Below are positions 55,991-64,000 of a DNA stretch of 64,000 nt, piece by piece; within the stretch, counting starts at the first letter, position 1; every line of letters starts with the position of its first letter. The notes under the pieces were generated by a model, which was not told the DNA's origin, did no database searches, and saw only the letters and a program-made list of their open reading frames with translations. Source of the DNA: Pseudomonadales bacterium (GTDB lineage Bacteria > Pseudomonadota > Gammaproteobacteria > Pseudomonadales > Pseudohongiellaceae); contig JALRBQ010000082.1 of assembly GCA_023257655.1 (NCBI GenBank), forward strand, positions 5,466 to 69,465. Direction: 5' to 3'. A program made the translations under genes and the position numbers.

Positions 55991-57337
55991 CTAGAAGCTG
56001 TGGCCACCGTGTGCCCCCATGCTCATGATGTATTGAAGTACCCATTGCCGATCGCGATTCAGGCTCGAGTCGTCGTGGTTGTATTGCAGTCGTAATATGG
56101 AAAATTCGCTATTCCAGAAATCCACCATGGCGCTGAGCCGTTTCGGCGTCTCGCGGTTATCGTCCAGCACAGTGGGTGTGCCGAGCCCGAAGACACGGTT
56201 GTCGGCATCCAGCGTGTCATAGCGCAGACCTGCACTCCACTGGGGGTGGAAGCGGTACACTCCTTCTAGGTAGTAACCGCTCTGATCGCCGGAATAGGTG
56301 CCAGTCACTCCGTCAAGATCCAGCACACCGTCTTCCTGGCGGTCGAGATATTCAGCGGTAAAGCGGAAGTTGCGATCCCGCGGGTTGCCATAGGGTGCCC
56401 ATTTCCACACCAGGCTCGCGATCCAGCTGGAACTGTCACCACCGAACAGGGGATCGATGCCGGACTCCTCGGCGGTACCGCCACTGCTGCGCTGGCTGAC
56501 ATTCGAATCGACGTACGACAGACTCGCGAGCCAGCTGTTGCTGACGTTGAAATCGCCGCCGAATTTGGCGAAGGCGGTGCGTGTACCGACACCACTGTTG
56601 GCCGCACCCGCGGCCGGGAAGCTGTTCCCCGAGAGGGCTTCAACGCCAAACTGGGCATACAGCAACGTCGGCGCCGTCCAACTCGCCTGAATGCCAGTGT
56701 CCGCAAGTCGACCGTTGAAGAAGGCGCGATAGGGCAGCGGGTCATCGGCGAAACCGGTGCCGTGGGAATGGATGCCATTGAGATAGCCGATGCCAGAGTA
56801 GAAGCGGCCGGCCTTGATCGCAAAGCCGTCGGGAAGGGCAAGTGTCTGCAAGTAGGCCTCTTCCACGGCCGCGCCACTCTCATCGCCATCGGACTCGAAT
56901 GCGATGGTGGCCGCAGCAAAGAACTTGTCATCGACATTTGCCTGCAGATTGAGTTCGCTCTCACCGAGAATCAGGCCGTTGTTGAAGCTGCCGGATTCGC
57001 CACCGAGCTGGAAGCCGGGGAGGTCCCGCAGTCCCTCTGCATTGGAAAAGTGTCCATATTTGCCATCGAGGATGAGACTGATGGCGGGATTAAAGGCCTT
57101 GTCCGATAAGGCGCTGCCGCCGGTTGCGGGCGCGGGAGCGGCTGGAGCGGATTCCATGGCGGCGAGTCGGGCTTCGAGTCGCGCCAGTCGTTGTTCGTAA
57201 TCCAGCTTCAATTGTTCGAGTTCGGCGCGGAGCTCAGCGGCGGATGCCGAGTCGTCCTGCTGGGCCACCGCCACCTGCGCTGACCACAACGACAATCCGG
57301 AACAGGCCAGAATTGCCACAAATTTTCTTGCACGCAT
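55991..57337 (-). CDS. Outer-membrane beta-barrel (porin-like) protein with N-terminal coiled coil
   Basis: ATG 57337 after AGGAG. Signal ...SAQVAVAQQ. Heptad-like AAELRAELEQLKLDYEQRLARLEARLAAME. Alternating beta-strand pattern. C-terminal ...GGHSF. Confidence 0.7.
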   Translation of the reverse strand: MRARKFVAILACSGLSLWSAQVAVAQQDDSASAAELRAELEQLKLDYEQRLARLEARLAAMESAPAAPAPATGGSALSDKAFNPAISLILDGKYGHFSNAEGLRDLPGFQLGGESGSFNNGLILGESELNLQANVDDKFFAAATIAFESDGDESGAAVEEAYLQTLALPDGFAIKAGRFYSGIGYLNGIHSHGTGFADDPLPYRAFFNGRLADTGIQASWTAPTLLYAQFGVEALSGNSFPAAGAANSGVGTRTAFAKFGGDFNVSNSWLASLSYVDSNVSQRSSGGTAEESGIDPLFGGDSSSWIASLVWKWAPYGNPRDRNFRFTAEYLDRQEDGVLDLDGVTGTYSGDQSGYYLEGVYRFHPQWSAGLRYDTLDADNRVFGLGTPTVLDDNRETPKRLSAMVDFWNSEFSILRLQYNHDDSSLNRDRQWVLQYIMSMGAHGGHSF

Positions 57338-57427
57338 GCGTATTGCTCCTGATAAATCCATGCTTCCCCATAGGGGGAATACCCGGAAACCCCACGCACC
57401 TGGCGCGGGATATCTTCTAAAGGTGTA

Positions 57428-57772
57428 TCAGGAGTAGGTGGGTGGGGCGCGGGGGTGAGTGTTGCCGGCAATCGCCGATTGCAGTGCCGGGCCAGAGATC
57501 AATTCGACGAGTGTGACCGGGAACAGGGTCGGTGGCGCAGGCGCCAGACGGGCCGGTGGTGGAGTTACCGAGCTGCTCAGCAGACAGATCTTGCAGGCGC
57601 CGTCCGACCCCAGTACAGGATGGGTGTATTCATGCGGAATGAACAGCAGTTGGGAAGCGCCGAGCAGCACCACGAGCAGCCAAACCCAACGGGTGCGAAC
57701 CCGGCGGGTGGGGTTGAACAGCGCCGGTGAGGCAGTGTTATTTTGTGGTGTCATGGCGGATTTCAGTCGCAC
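57428..57772 (-). CDS. Small membrane-anchored protein with HxxxH and CxxC motifs (DUF2946-like)
   Basis: TM WVWLLVVLLGASQLLFI, followed by PHEYTHPVLGSDGACKIC. Pro-rich tail. Start uncertain (GTG 57772 or ATG 57754; no clear SD). Confidence 0.45.
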   Translation of the reverse strand: MRLKSAMTPQNNTASPALFNPTRRVRTRWVWLLVVLLGASQLLFIPHEYTHPVLGSDGACKICLLSSSVTPPPARLAPAPPTLFPVTLVELISGPALQSAIAGNTHPRAPPTYS

Positions 57773-57904
57773 CTGCAGAAACAGATGCGTAATTTATACG
57801 CCAGCGTCAGTGCGCTGTAAACAGCAATCCGTGATTCACCTGCGACTCCCTTCGGTCCTTGCAGGAGTACGTCGCGCCAGATGCACAGTCACCCGTCACT
57901 CAAG

Positions 57905-57939
57905 CTGGAGAGTTCAAACTGGAGAGTTCAAACTGGAGA
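57905..57939. repeat. 2.5 copies of 14-bp tandem repeat CTGGAGAGTTCAAA spanning the stop codon of the ligase gene
   Basis: Read directly at 57905-18, 57919-32 and (partial) 57933-39. Confidence 0.85.
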
Positions 57940-59280
57940 AATGCTCGCCGGCCGCGCATTAACGATCAATTGGAATTTGCGGGTGATGGGGTTGACGGGA
58001 ATGTCCTCCACGATGGGCACCTCGAAGCAGACATTGCCGAGGCCTTTCTGCTCGAGAATCTCGGTCAGGCGTGCCGTGACCCCGGCCACGACCTGCGATC
58101 GTTGCTCCGGTGACAGACCGGTTTCGACGCACACGGGAAACCGGAATGAAGTGTCCGAGGTCACCTGCATCTGAAACCGGACGACACCTTTCACGAAGAC
58201 CTCGTTGATCGTATGTGGACTGATGAAGTCACTGGAACCATCTGCCGCCTTGAAGCTGGGCATCTGTTCGCTGCGGCCCACCAGGTTCTCGACGATGATT
58301 GGATGCTCTCCCGGTGCGCTGATCGGCTTCAGGATGTCCGACATGCGATAGCGAATCAGTGGCATTGTGTAGTTGAACAGGTTGGTGACGAGGGAATGGT
58401 CCTCGAAGAATTCAAAGATCAGATTTGTATCATTCAGTGTCATCGTCTCGTTATCAGGATTGGAATGGCCCATCATCATGTGTTCGGTGCAGGCGTAGAG
58501 GCTGAGCACCGGAATGTCGCCAAAGGCTGCAGACAGGTACTCGATATCGTCTTTCGTCACGGTCTCTCCGGAGGCGAGTAGCCGGCGGGGCCGAATATGC
58601 AGGCTGCCCGCGCGCTGCTGCTCCGCGAGGATCTTCAGCCCGGTGGTATAACCGAACAGGATATCTGGCTGGAACGCATTGAGTTGGGTAACCACACTGG
58701 CCAACGGGGAATTGATCTCGAATGATTCCGCATTCACCAGCAACCGGGCGATGCCACGTTGCATGCGCGCCATCATCGTGACGCCGGCATAGTGACCACC
58801 GGTGGCACCATAGAACGCCATGCGCGGTCGGCGGAAATCTCGATAGGGAGAGCGGTGTCCATCGGGTTGCCGACCCTTGCGATAACCGGAAAAACTGCCG
58901 GACGTGCGCAAGGCATCGCGCCAGTCGGTGAGGAAATAGCCGACTTCACCTGAAGTGCCCGAAGTGTGGAGTACCGTGTAGCGATTGAATAACCTTTCCT
59001 TCGGATCAGTGGAACGCGTCAGAAAATCCGCGATGATCTGCTTCGTGATCTTCGGGTTCGTCACAATGGCATCGAAGTTGGCCATCAGCAGCGATTTGGT
59101 GAGCACGGGAAAATCTTTCGGCACACAGGTCTGTGGATCGATGCCGCGGTCGGCAATGAGTTGTCGGTAGTAGGGTGACTTCGTATTCGCATGCTTGACG
59201 AGCGCGCGAAACTTCTCCAGCCGCTTTGCGGCAAACAGCGAATCATTGGTAGAGGAGTGATCGAGATTGTTGTTGCTCAT
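57928..59280 (-). CDS. Adenylate-forming enzyme of the PaaK / coenzyme-F390-synthetase / CapK family
   Basis: Start trimmed to ATG 59280. AMP-binding motif LHTSGTSGEVGYF. Family-typical N-terminus LEKFRALVKHANTKSPYYRQLI. Confidence 0.75.
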   Translation of the reverse strand: MSNNNLDHSSTNDSLFAAKRLEKFRALVKHANTKSPYYRQLIADRGIDPQTCVPKDFPVLTKSLLMANFDAIVTNPKITKQIIADFLTRSTDPKERLFNRYTVLHTSGTSGEVGYFLTDWRDALRTSGSFSGYRKGRQPDGHRSPYRDFRRPRMAFYGATGGHYAGVTMMARMQRGIARLLVNAESFEINSPLASVVTQLNAFQPDILFGYTTGLKILAEQQRAGSLHIRPRRLLASGETVTKDDIEYLSAAFGDIPVLSLYACTEHMMMGHSNPDNETMTLNDTNLIFEFFEDHSLVTNLFNYTMPLIRYRMSDILKPISAPGEHPIIVENLVGRSEQMPSFKAADGSSDFISPHTINEVFVKGVVRFQMQVTSDTSFRFPVCVETGLSPEQRSQVVAGVTARLTEILEQKGLGNVCFEVPIVEDIPVNPITRKFQLIVNARPASISPV

Positions 59281-59428
59281 GGTGCCAGATCTTCGTGTCG
59301 GGTGAGGTGGATGCCGCAAATGACGGAGTTACTCAGGAGTCGAGTAACCAGGGGGTGCCGCCGTGGGCTATGCATGCTGCCAGCGCGGCAGACTCGTTAG
59401 CGCACGTGCACCACAGCGATAGTAAGGA

Positions 59429-60979
59429 CTAGGGGGAACGACAGGAAAAATTGTACGCGTCGTCGGTGCTGCCAGCGCCGTTATAGACGGCGACCTCGGG
59501 ATAGGGGCATAACGGTCGGGTGCGATCGGTGACACCCTGAGTCTGATGCGCGGCCTCGATGCTGTCAGGGGCGATGCCACTCTCAACCCAGGCTTCCAGC
59601 GCCGATACCGTGTCAAAACTGTTAGGACCCGGTCCGCCTCCGCAGTGTCCCATGCCCGGGACCATGAACAGGCGATAGTTGTCGTGGATTGCCTCGCGGC
59701 TGCCGAACAGGTCAACGACTCGCTCGTAGTACTGGGAGGAGTTAGCAGGGGAGATCTGAGGATCGACCCAGCCATGATACTGAATCAGCTTGCCACCGCC
59801 GGCGATGAATGCACGCAGGTCCGGGTCGAGCGCATTGAGCGTGTCGGCGTCGGTCAGCTCGGCCTTGGCGCTGTCGATGTCGAAATCAAACTGCTCCAAG
59901 GTCCAGTCGGTATCGCCATAAACCAGATATTTGAGCTGGTTATCGCCGGTGTCGCGCGCGGAGGCGGTCCAGCCGAGATCGGTCCAGCCCGGCTCGCTGC
60001 CGGGCAAGAGACCGGTGATGGCGCGACCGGTGGCGGGATTGGCGGGTGATGCGTAGATTAGTTGTGCGGTCTTGACCTGAGCCGGAGACAGGCAGTCTGC
60101 GGTCGCATCTCCGCGGCATTGCAGGTCGGCAGGATCGAAGCGACATTGCAGCGGATTTTCGATGACCCCATCTGTGACGCCGTCATTCGCATCACAGGCC
60201 AGCAGGGCACCGGCATGCAGCAGCTCGCGCTGCGGTTCCAGCAGCATGGCCTGAGGATTGCCGGTCAGGTATTTTTCGATGCGCAGGGCGGATACCGCGC
60301 GACCGGTCCAGTCCAGACCAGGGGCGCCGGCGATGATGCCATCGAAGTCGTCGGGGAAGCGTTGGGCTTCCTTCATGGCCTGGCGTCCACCAGCGGAACA
60401 GCCGTTGAAATAGGAATACTCCGGCCCGCGGGCGTAATAGGCGGCAATGACCCACTTCGAGACTTCCGCCATTTCATGCACGGCGCGCCAGCCGAAGTCG
60501 ATCACTTTCTCGGGATGGCCAAGACCGAAGCTGGCGGTATTGCCCTCGTGGCCGGTGTCAGTGGAACTGGTGGCATAGCCACCGAGCAGGGGCGCGACCA
60601 TCGAGGGGTAGCGGATATTGCCGGTGAAGGCGGCATTGCCGACGGCCAGGTATTTGCCATTCCAGTTTGCCGTTGGCAGCCAGACTTCCATTCGAATGTC
60701 GGAATCGTCGCTGGGACGCAGGGTGAGTGCCACCTTGCAGAACTCGGGCAAGGGCAGGTACAGCCGGTTCGGGCCTTCTCCGGCCGGGCCGCTACCGGGA
60801 GGCGCAAACGCCCCGGCACTGATGATTTCGGCGCTGGTGATTGATCCGGAGGGTATCTGCAGAGAGGCCAAGGTCGCGCAGGCCGCAGTTTCGGCCGCGT
60901 GGCTGAGGCTGCCCAATGACAGCAGGAACAGGGTGATAATCAGTTGTCTGATATTCTTTTTATTGGGACTTGCGGGCAT
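59429..60979 (-). CDS. Exported tannase / feruloyl-esterase family hydrolase
   Basis: Start trimmed to ATG 60979. Signal ...LGSLSHAAE. Nucleophile motif GCSAGGRQ. Multiple Cys pairs typical of the family. Confidence 0.8.
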   Translation of the reverse strand: MPASPNKKNIRQLIITLFLLSLGSLSHAAETAACATLASLQIPSGSITSAEIISAGAFAPPGSGPAGEGPNRLYLPLPEFCKVALTLRPSDDSDIRMEVWLPTANWNGKYLAVGNAAFTGNIRYPSMVAPLLGGYATSSTDTGHEGNTASFGLGHPEKVIDFGWRAVHEMAEVSKWVIAAYYARGPEYSYFNGCSAGGRQAMKEAQRFPDDFDGIIAGAPGLDWTGRAVSALRIEKYLTGNPQAMLLEPQRELLHAGALLACDANDGVTDGVIENPLQCRFDPADLQCRGDATADCLSPAQVKTAQLIYASPANPATGRAITGLLPGSEPGWTDLGWTASARDTGDNQLKYLVYGDTDWTLEQFDFDIDSAKAELTDADTLNALDPDLRAFIAGGGKLIQYHGWVDPQISPANSSQYYERVVDLFGSREAIHDNYRLFMVPGMGHCGGGPGPNSFDTVSALEAWVESGIAPDSIEAAHQTQGVTDRTRPLCPYPEVAVYNGAGSTDDAYNFSCRSP

Positions 60980-61129
60980 CGCAAAGCACCTCTGTAAAGC
61001 ACTTCCAGAGAGCACCTCTCCGGAGCTCCCGAAGATGCTACGGTGTTTCGCCGATGATTTCCACGCTATTTTCAGGCAGGTTCGCCGGTTGGCATCGCCC
61101 AGGCCGGGCGATGCCGATCAGAGTCAGGC

Positions 61130-62521
61130 TTAGTCGATGACGACGTTGCGCACCACCGCGTAATAGTCGCCGACTGCCCGGCGGAAGCGCGACTCGGGCA
61201 CCTGTTCATCATTGCCGTGTACGCCTGTAGGTTCGCCGGTCTCGGTGATGAGAGGATTGAAACCATAACTCACGATACCGAGGTCACGGGTGAAGTGGCT
61301 ATCGGTGAAGCCGGTGCTGACTGAAGACAGTACGCGCGAACCCGGATGCAACTCGCCTGTCACGTTCTCAATGGAACGGAACAGTCGCGTATTGGTTTCC
61401 GAGATCGCTGGTGTAAACGCCATGATCGTCTCGACTTCGACACCGCTGTCGGCAATCAGCGTCTTCAACTCTTCAATGAACACCTCCGCCGGCTTGTCGG
61501 GCAGGATGCGGCAGTCCAGTTCGGCCCAGGCTTCCGGTGGAATGACGTTAATCTTGGTGGATCCGCTGAGGCGGGTCATGGAACAGGTGTCACGAATCAG
61601 GGAATTGAAGCCGGGGCGTTCCTCGTGCAGCTTCGCCACGAAGGCGGGGTCCTTGATGGCCTCGTCGATATTCGCGAACGCCGGTCCCCACTCGTCATCC
61701 ATGTCCGCCGAGAGCGCCGAGAAATAGTTGGCGACCGGACCGATGATGCGTGGCGGGAAGGGATTCTCCAGCATCGTATTCAGCGCGCTGACGATGCGGG
61801 TCACTGAGCTCTGGGGACGAGGGGAAGAGCCATGGCCAGGAATGTCGACGGCGTTAAGGCGCAGCCATACGGGGACCTTCTGGGTCACTTCCACGCCAAA
61901 CACGATCTCATTGTTCTCGCTGCTGCCGCCGCCACCCTCATTCAGGAGGAAGCCGACGCCTTCGAAAATTTCCGGGTGATTCTCGATCAGCCAGCCGACG
62001 CCGTAGAAGCCGCCGGCCTCTTCATCGGCGGTGGCCAAAAAGATCACATCGCGGTTGAGAGGCGCCCCGGAGCGATGCAGGCTCAGAAAGGTGGCGAGTT
62101 CCAGGATGCCGAGTCCCTTCATGTCGCGGGCACCACGGCCGAGGATCATGCCGTCGCGAATGTCGCCCGACAGTGGGTCGATGGTCCAGAACTGCTTTTC
62201 TGCCGGCACCACGTCAGTGTGTTGCAACAGTATCAGCGCCGGTTCGTCACCGCCTTCCAGCCGGGCCCAGATATTGCCCCGACCTGGTGCGCTTTCGGCG
62301 GTTTCGTAGGCGATGCCTTCGGCTTCAAAAATCTTTGCATAGAACTCGACGGCCCGCTGTTCATTGCCTGGAGGATTGATCGTATCGATGCGAATCAGTT
62401 CCTGGAGCCAGACAACAGCCTCGTCCTCCAGAGAAGACGGGCTCTGCGCGAAAACGGAGGTCAAACTGAAGCAGGTGAGGGCAGCGAGTGCAGAGGCGAA
62501 GCGGTGTGGTGAAGAGGACAC
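61130..62521 (-). CDS. Exported M20-family metallopeptidase
   Basis: GTG start after AGGAG. Signal ...LTSVFAQS. Motifs LLQHTDVVP, ATADEEAGG, EGGGGS. Confidence 0.8.
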   Translation of the reverse strand: MSSSPHRFASALAALTCFSLTSVFAQSPSSLEDEAVVWLQELIRIDTINPPGNEQRAVEFYAKIFEAEGIAYETAESAPGRGNIWARLEGGDEPALILLQHTDVVPAEKQFWTIDPLSGDIRDGMILGRGARDMKGLGILELATFLSLHRSGAPLNRDVIFLATADEEAGGFYGVGWLIENHPEIFEGVGFLLNEGGGGSSENNEIVFGVEVTQKVPVWLRLNAVDIPGHGSSPRPQSSVTRIVSALNTMLENPFPPRIIGPVANYFSALSADMDDEWGPAFANIDEAIKDPAFVAKLHEERPGFNSLIRDTCSMTRLSGSTKINVIPPEAWAELDCRILPDKPAEVFIEELKTLIADSGVEVETIMAFTPAISETNTRLFRSIENVTGELHPGSRVLSSVSTGFTDSHFTRDLGIVSYGFNPLITETGEPTGVHGNDEQVPESRFRRAVGDYYAVVRNVVID

Positions 62522-62674
62522 AATAGACTCCTGTCGGGATCACGAATGAAGGCGAAGCGCCGAGACAGGGGTAAATATAGCAATGTACATGCCATCTGTC
62601 CCCGCCGGGGCAGGGTTTGAATCAAATCACAGCCGGCAACGGATTGCCGCCAGAGTTGTTAGTTTGGTCAGATG

Positions 62675-63083
62675 TCATGTTTCTGCCGCCGCTTGCATGA
62701 CCGAGGCCAGAGTGCTGTAAGTCTCGGTCCAGGCCGCCTTGACGTCGCCTGTAAAAGCGTCATCGAGACCCTGTTCCAGCGTCCACAAACGGGGCGGCGC
62801 CCACGGTGGCACTGTGCGCGTCCAGCACACCATAGCCGACGTGCCGCATGCCGAGCGCCTGTACCGCCGGCAGCAGAGCGTCGAGGTTGCTGAGACCGCG
62901 TACCGCAATACCGAGCAGCTTCATGAGCTTCTTGCCCTGCTCGGTAATGTCAGAGGTAAAGAGCGGTTTGGCCGGGGGATCGATCTCGATCAGTTTGTCA
63001 TAGAAGAGTCTTGCTGCTACATCGGCGATGGGCTCGACTTGCGCAAAGCGCGATTGCTCCAGCTGGATCTGTGCTACGTTCAT
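62675..63083 (-). pseudogene. Single-domain globin interrupted by a +/-1 frameshift in a C4/G4 run (about 62791-62797)
   Basis: N-terminal frame (ORF 62760..63143; ATG 63083 after GGAAGGAG): MNVAQIQLEQSRFAQVEPIADVAARLFYDKLIEIDP...LGMRHVGYGV. The C-terminal continuation ...LWTLEQGLDDAFTGDVKAAWTETYSTLASVMQAAA is in a second frame (ORF 62675..62908). Confidence 0.7.
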
Positions 63084-63256
63084 AAGGCACTCCTTCCTCA
63101 GACGGATTGTTGGTGCGGGATGCGTTGCAAGTTGCACGCCCATTCACGTGCCAATTCGCGTGCGTGCGCACCAACAGAACGGCGGATCCTTATAACAGCT
63201 ATTCTCTGATCCGGGTAAGAGGAGACAGAGAGATTCGCGCGTTTCGTCGCATTCAG

Positions 63257-64000
63257 CTAGAAGCGGAAGGTGTAGCGGAACTTGATACTCAGGTCAGAAT
63301 AGGCCGACTCGAAGCTATTGTCTTTGTCCTTATCCTGCATGTTGTAATTCAACACGATAAAGCCCTCCTGGCCAGCGCGGGGAATCCATTGCAAGCGAGT
63401 GTTGATCCCGAGTTCCTCAGACAGGTTGTCGTACTGCAGAAGATTGATCCAGTAGAGCGTCGGCGAAAACGCAACCTGGGTCGAGAGACTGGTGAGTCGC
63501 GTGATGAAGTCACCTTGCGGCAGCTCGATGTCGTTCCAGTCCAGGCGAGCCGTCATGGTGAAGTAGCGGGACTGGTTCCAGGACACTCCAGTGGTGATGT
63601 TGGTGCGCTTGCCGTTGTAGAAGTCTCCCTGCACGTAGTCGATGTTGGTGGAGAACTGTCGCTGTCCTCCCGTGCCGAAGTAGACGCCAGCCTCGTTGAA
63701 CTCATAGTCGCCGGGTTGGATCACGACCTGGCGTCCGGGTTCGGAATAAATGTTAAAGGGCCGTTCGACGACTTCGCGGTTGGTATTGAACGAGAAGCCC
63801 AGATGGTCGTTGGCCGTGGTGTCCAGTTCCAGCAACCGATACACGACACGCTCACTCTGCAGGCCGCCGTCCAACACTTCGATGCGCTGGGCATCGATAC
63901 CGGTGAAGGCCGATTGCAGCCACTCGCTGTCGAGGAACCACGTGTAACCCACATCACCGCTCATGTCGCGGATGTTGGAGCGATTGACATAGCCCATGGC
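63257..64000 (-). CDS. C-terminal part of a large outer-membrane beta-barrel-like protein (DUF5916-like); 5' end outside window
   Basis: The ORF is open to the window edge. Alternating-strand pattern. C-terminus ...SIKFRYTFRF. Confidence 0.6.
   Translation of the reverse strand, partial: AMGYVNRSNIRDMSGDVGYTWFLDSEWLQSAFTGIDAQRIEVLDGGLQSERVVYRLLELDTTANDHLGFSFNTNREVVERPFNIYSEPGRQVVIQPGDYEFNEAGVYFGTGGQRQFSTNIDYVQGDFYNGKRTNITTGVSWNQSRYFTMTARLDWNDIELPQGDFITRLTSLSTQVAFSPTLYWINLLQYDNLSEELGINTRLQWIPRAGQEGFIVLNYNMQDKDKDNSFESAYSDLSIKFRYTFRF

Overview
This is a 64-kb, high-GC (about 60% by eye) bacterial chromosomal window. I support roughly 55 protein-coding genes. I recognised no rRNA, tRNA, CRISPR array, transposase or integrase. 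GroES/GroEL behind a sigma-32-type promoter, Tex, RlmA, many TonB-dependent receptors (TBDRs) and many exported hydrolases suggest a marine-type Gammaproteobacterium; that taxonomic guess is inference only. All functional calls come from motif recognition by eye. No database search was run.

Gene content is dominated by envelope and periplasmic functions:
- Four paralogous TBDRs (one cut by the window edge), all with a Gly-rich insert in the plug.
- Three PQQ-dependent dehydrogenases, two of them next to TBDR paralogs.
- A SorAB-like sulfite dehydrogenase.
- Peptidases of families M28, M20, S58 (DmpA) and S13 (PBP4), plus tannase-like and alpha/beta hydrolases.
- A ZnuA/ZnuB-like metal importer with an outer-membrane barrel but no ATPase gene.
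- Many normally cytoplasmic folds carrying signal peptides.

Accessory or decayed elements:
- A low-GC higBA toxin-antitoxin islet with an operator palindrome.
- A degraded partial duplicate of the dmpA 3' end flanking a low-GC SOUL haem-binding gene.
- A frameshifted globin.
- A truncated MFS remnant.

Most interesting hunt results:
1. A divergent sigma-54 module. An enhancer-binding protein with a Cys-rich PAS-like sensor faces a near-consensus -24/-12 promoter that drives an untracked 29-32-codon hydrophobic Cys/Trp-rich ORF.
2. A dispersed motif, GGGACACCCAATTAA. It occurs as a 4-copy direct array (10.34-10.48 kb), as a 2+2 palindromic array (42.08-42.18 kb), and once inside a CDS.
3. An inverted pair of exported paralogs of an uncharacterised family with an invariant YEY(G/A)CHEGNY C-terminus. 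The pair flanks a small protein resembling the GyrA/ParC N-terminal winged helix.
4. Many helical-phase (10-12 bp) tandem repeats in promoter and leader regions, including a GGA-rich 10-mer array in the leader of a gamma-carbonic-anhydrase-like gene.
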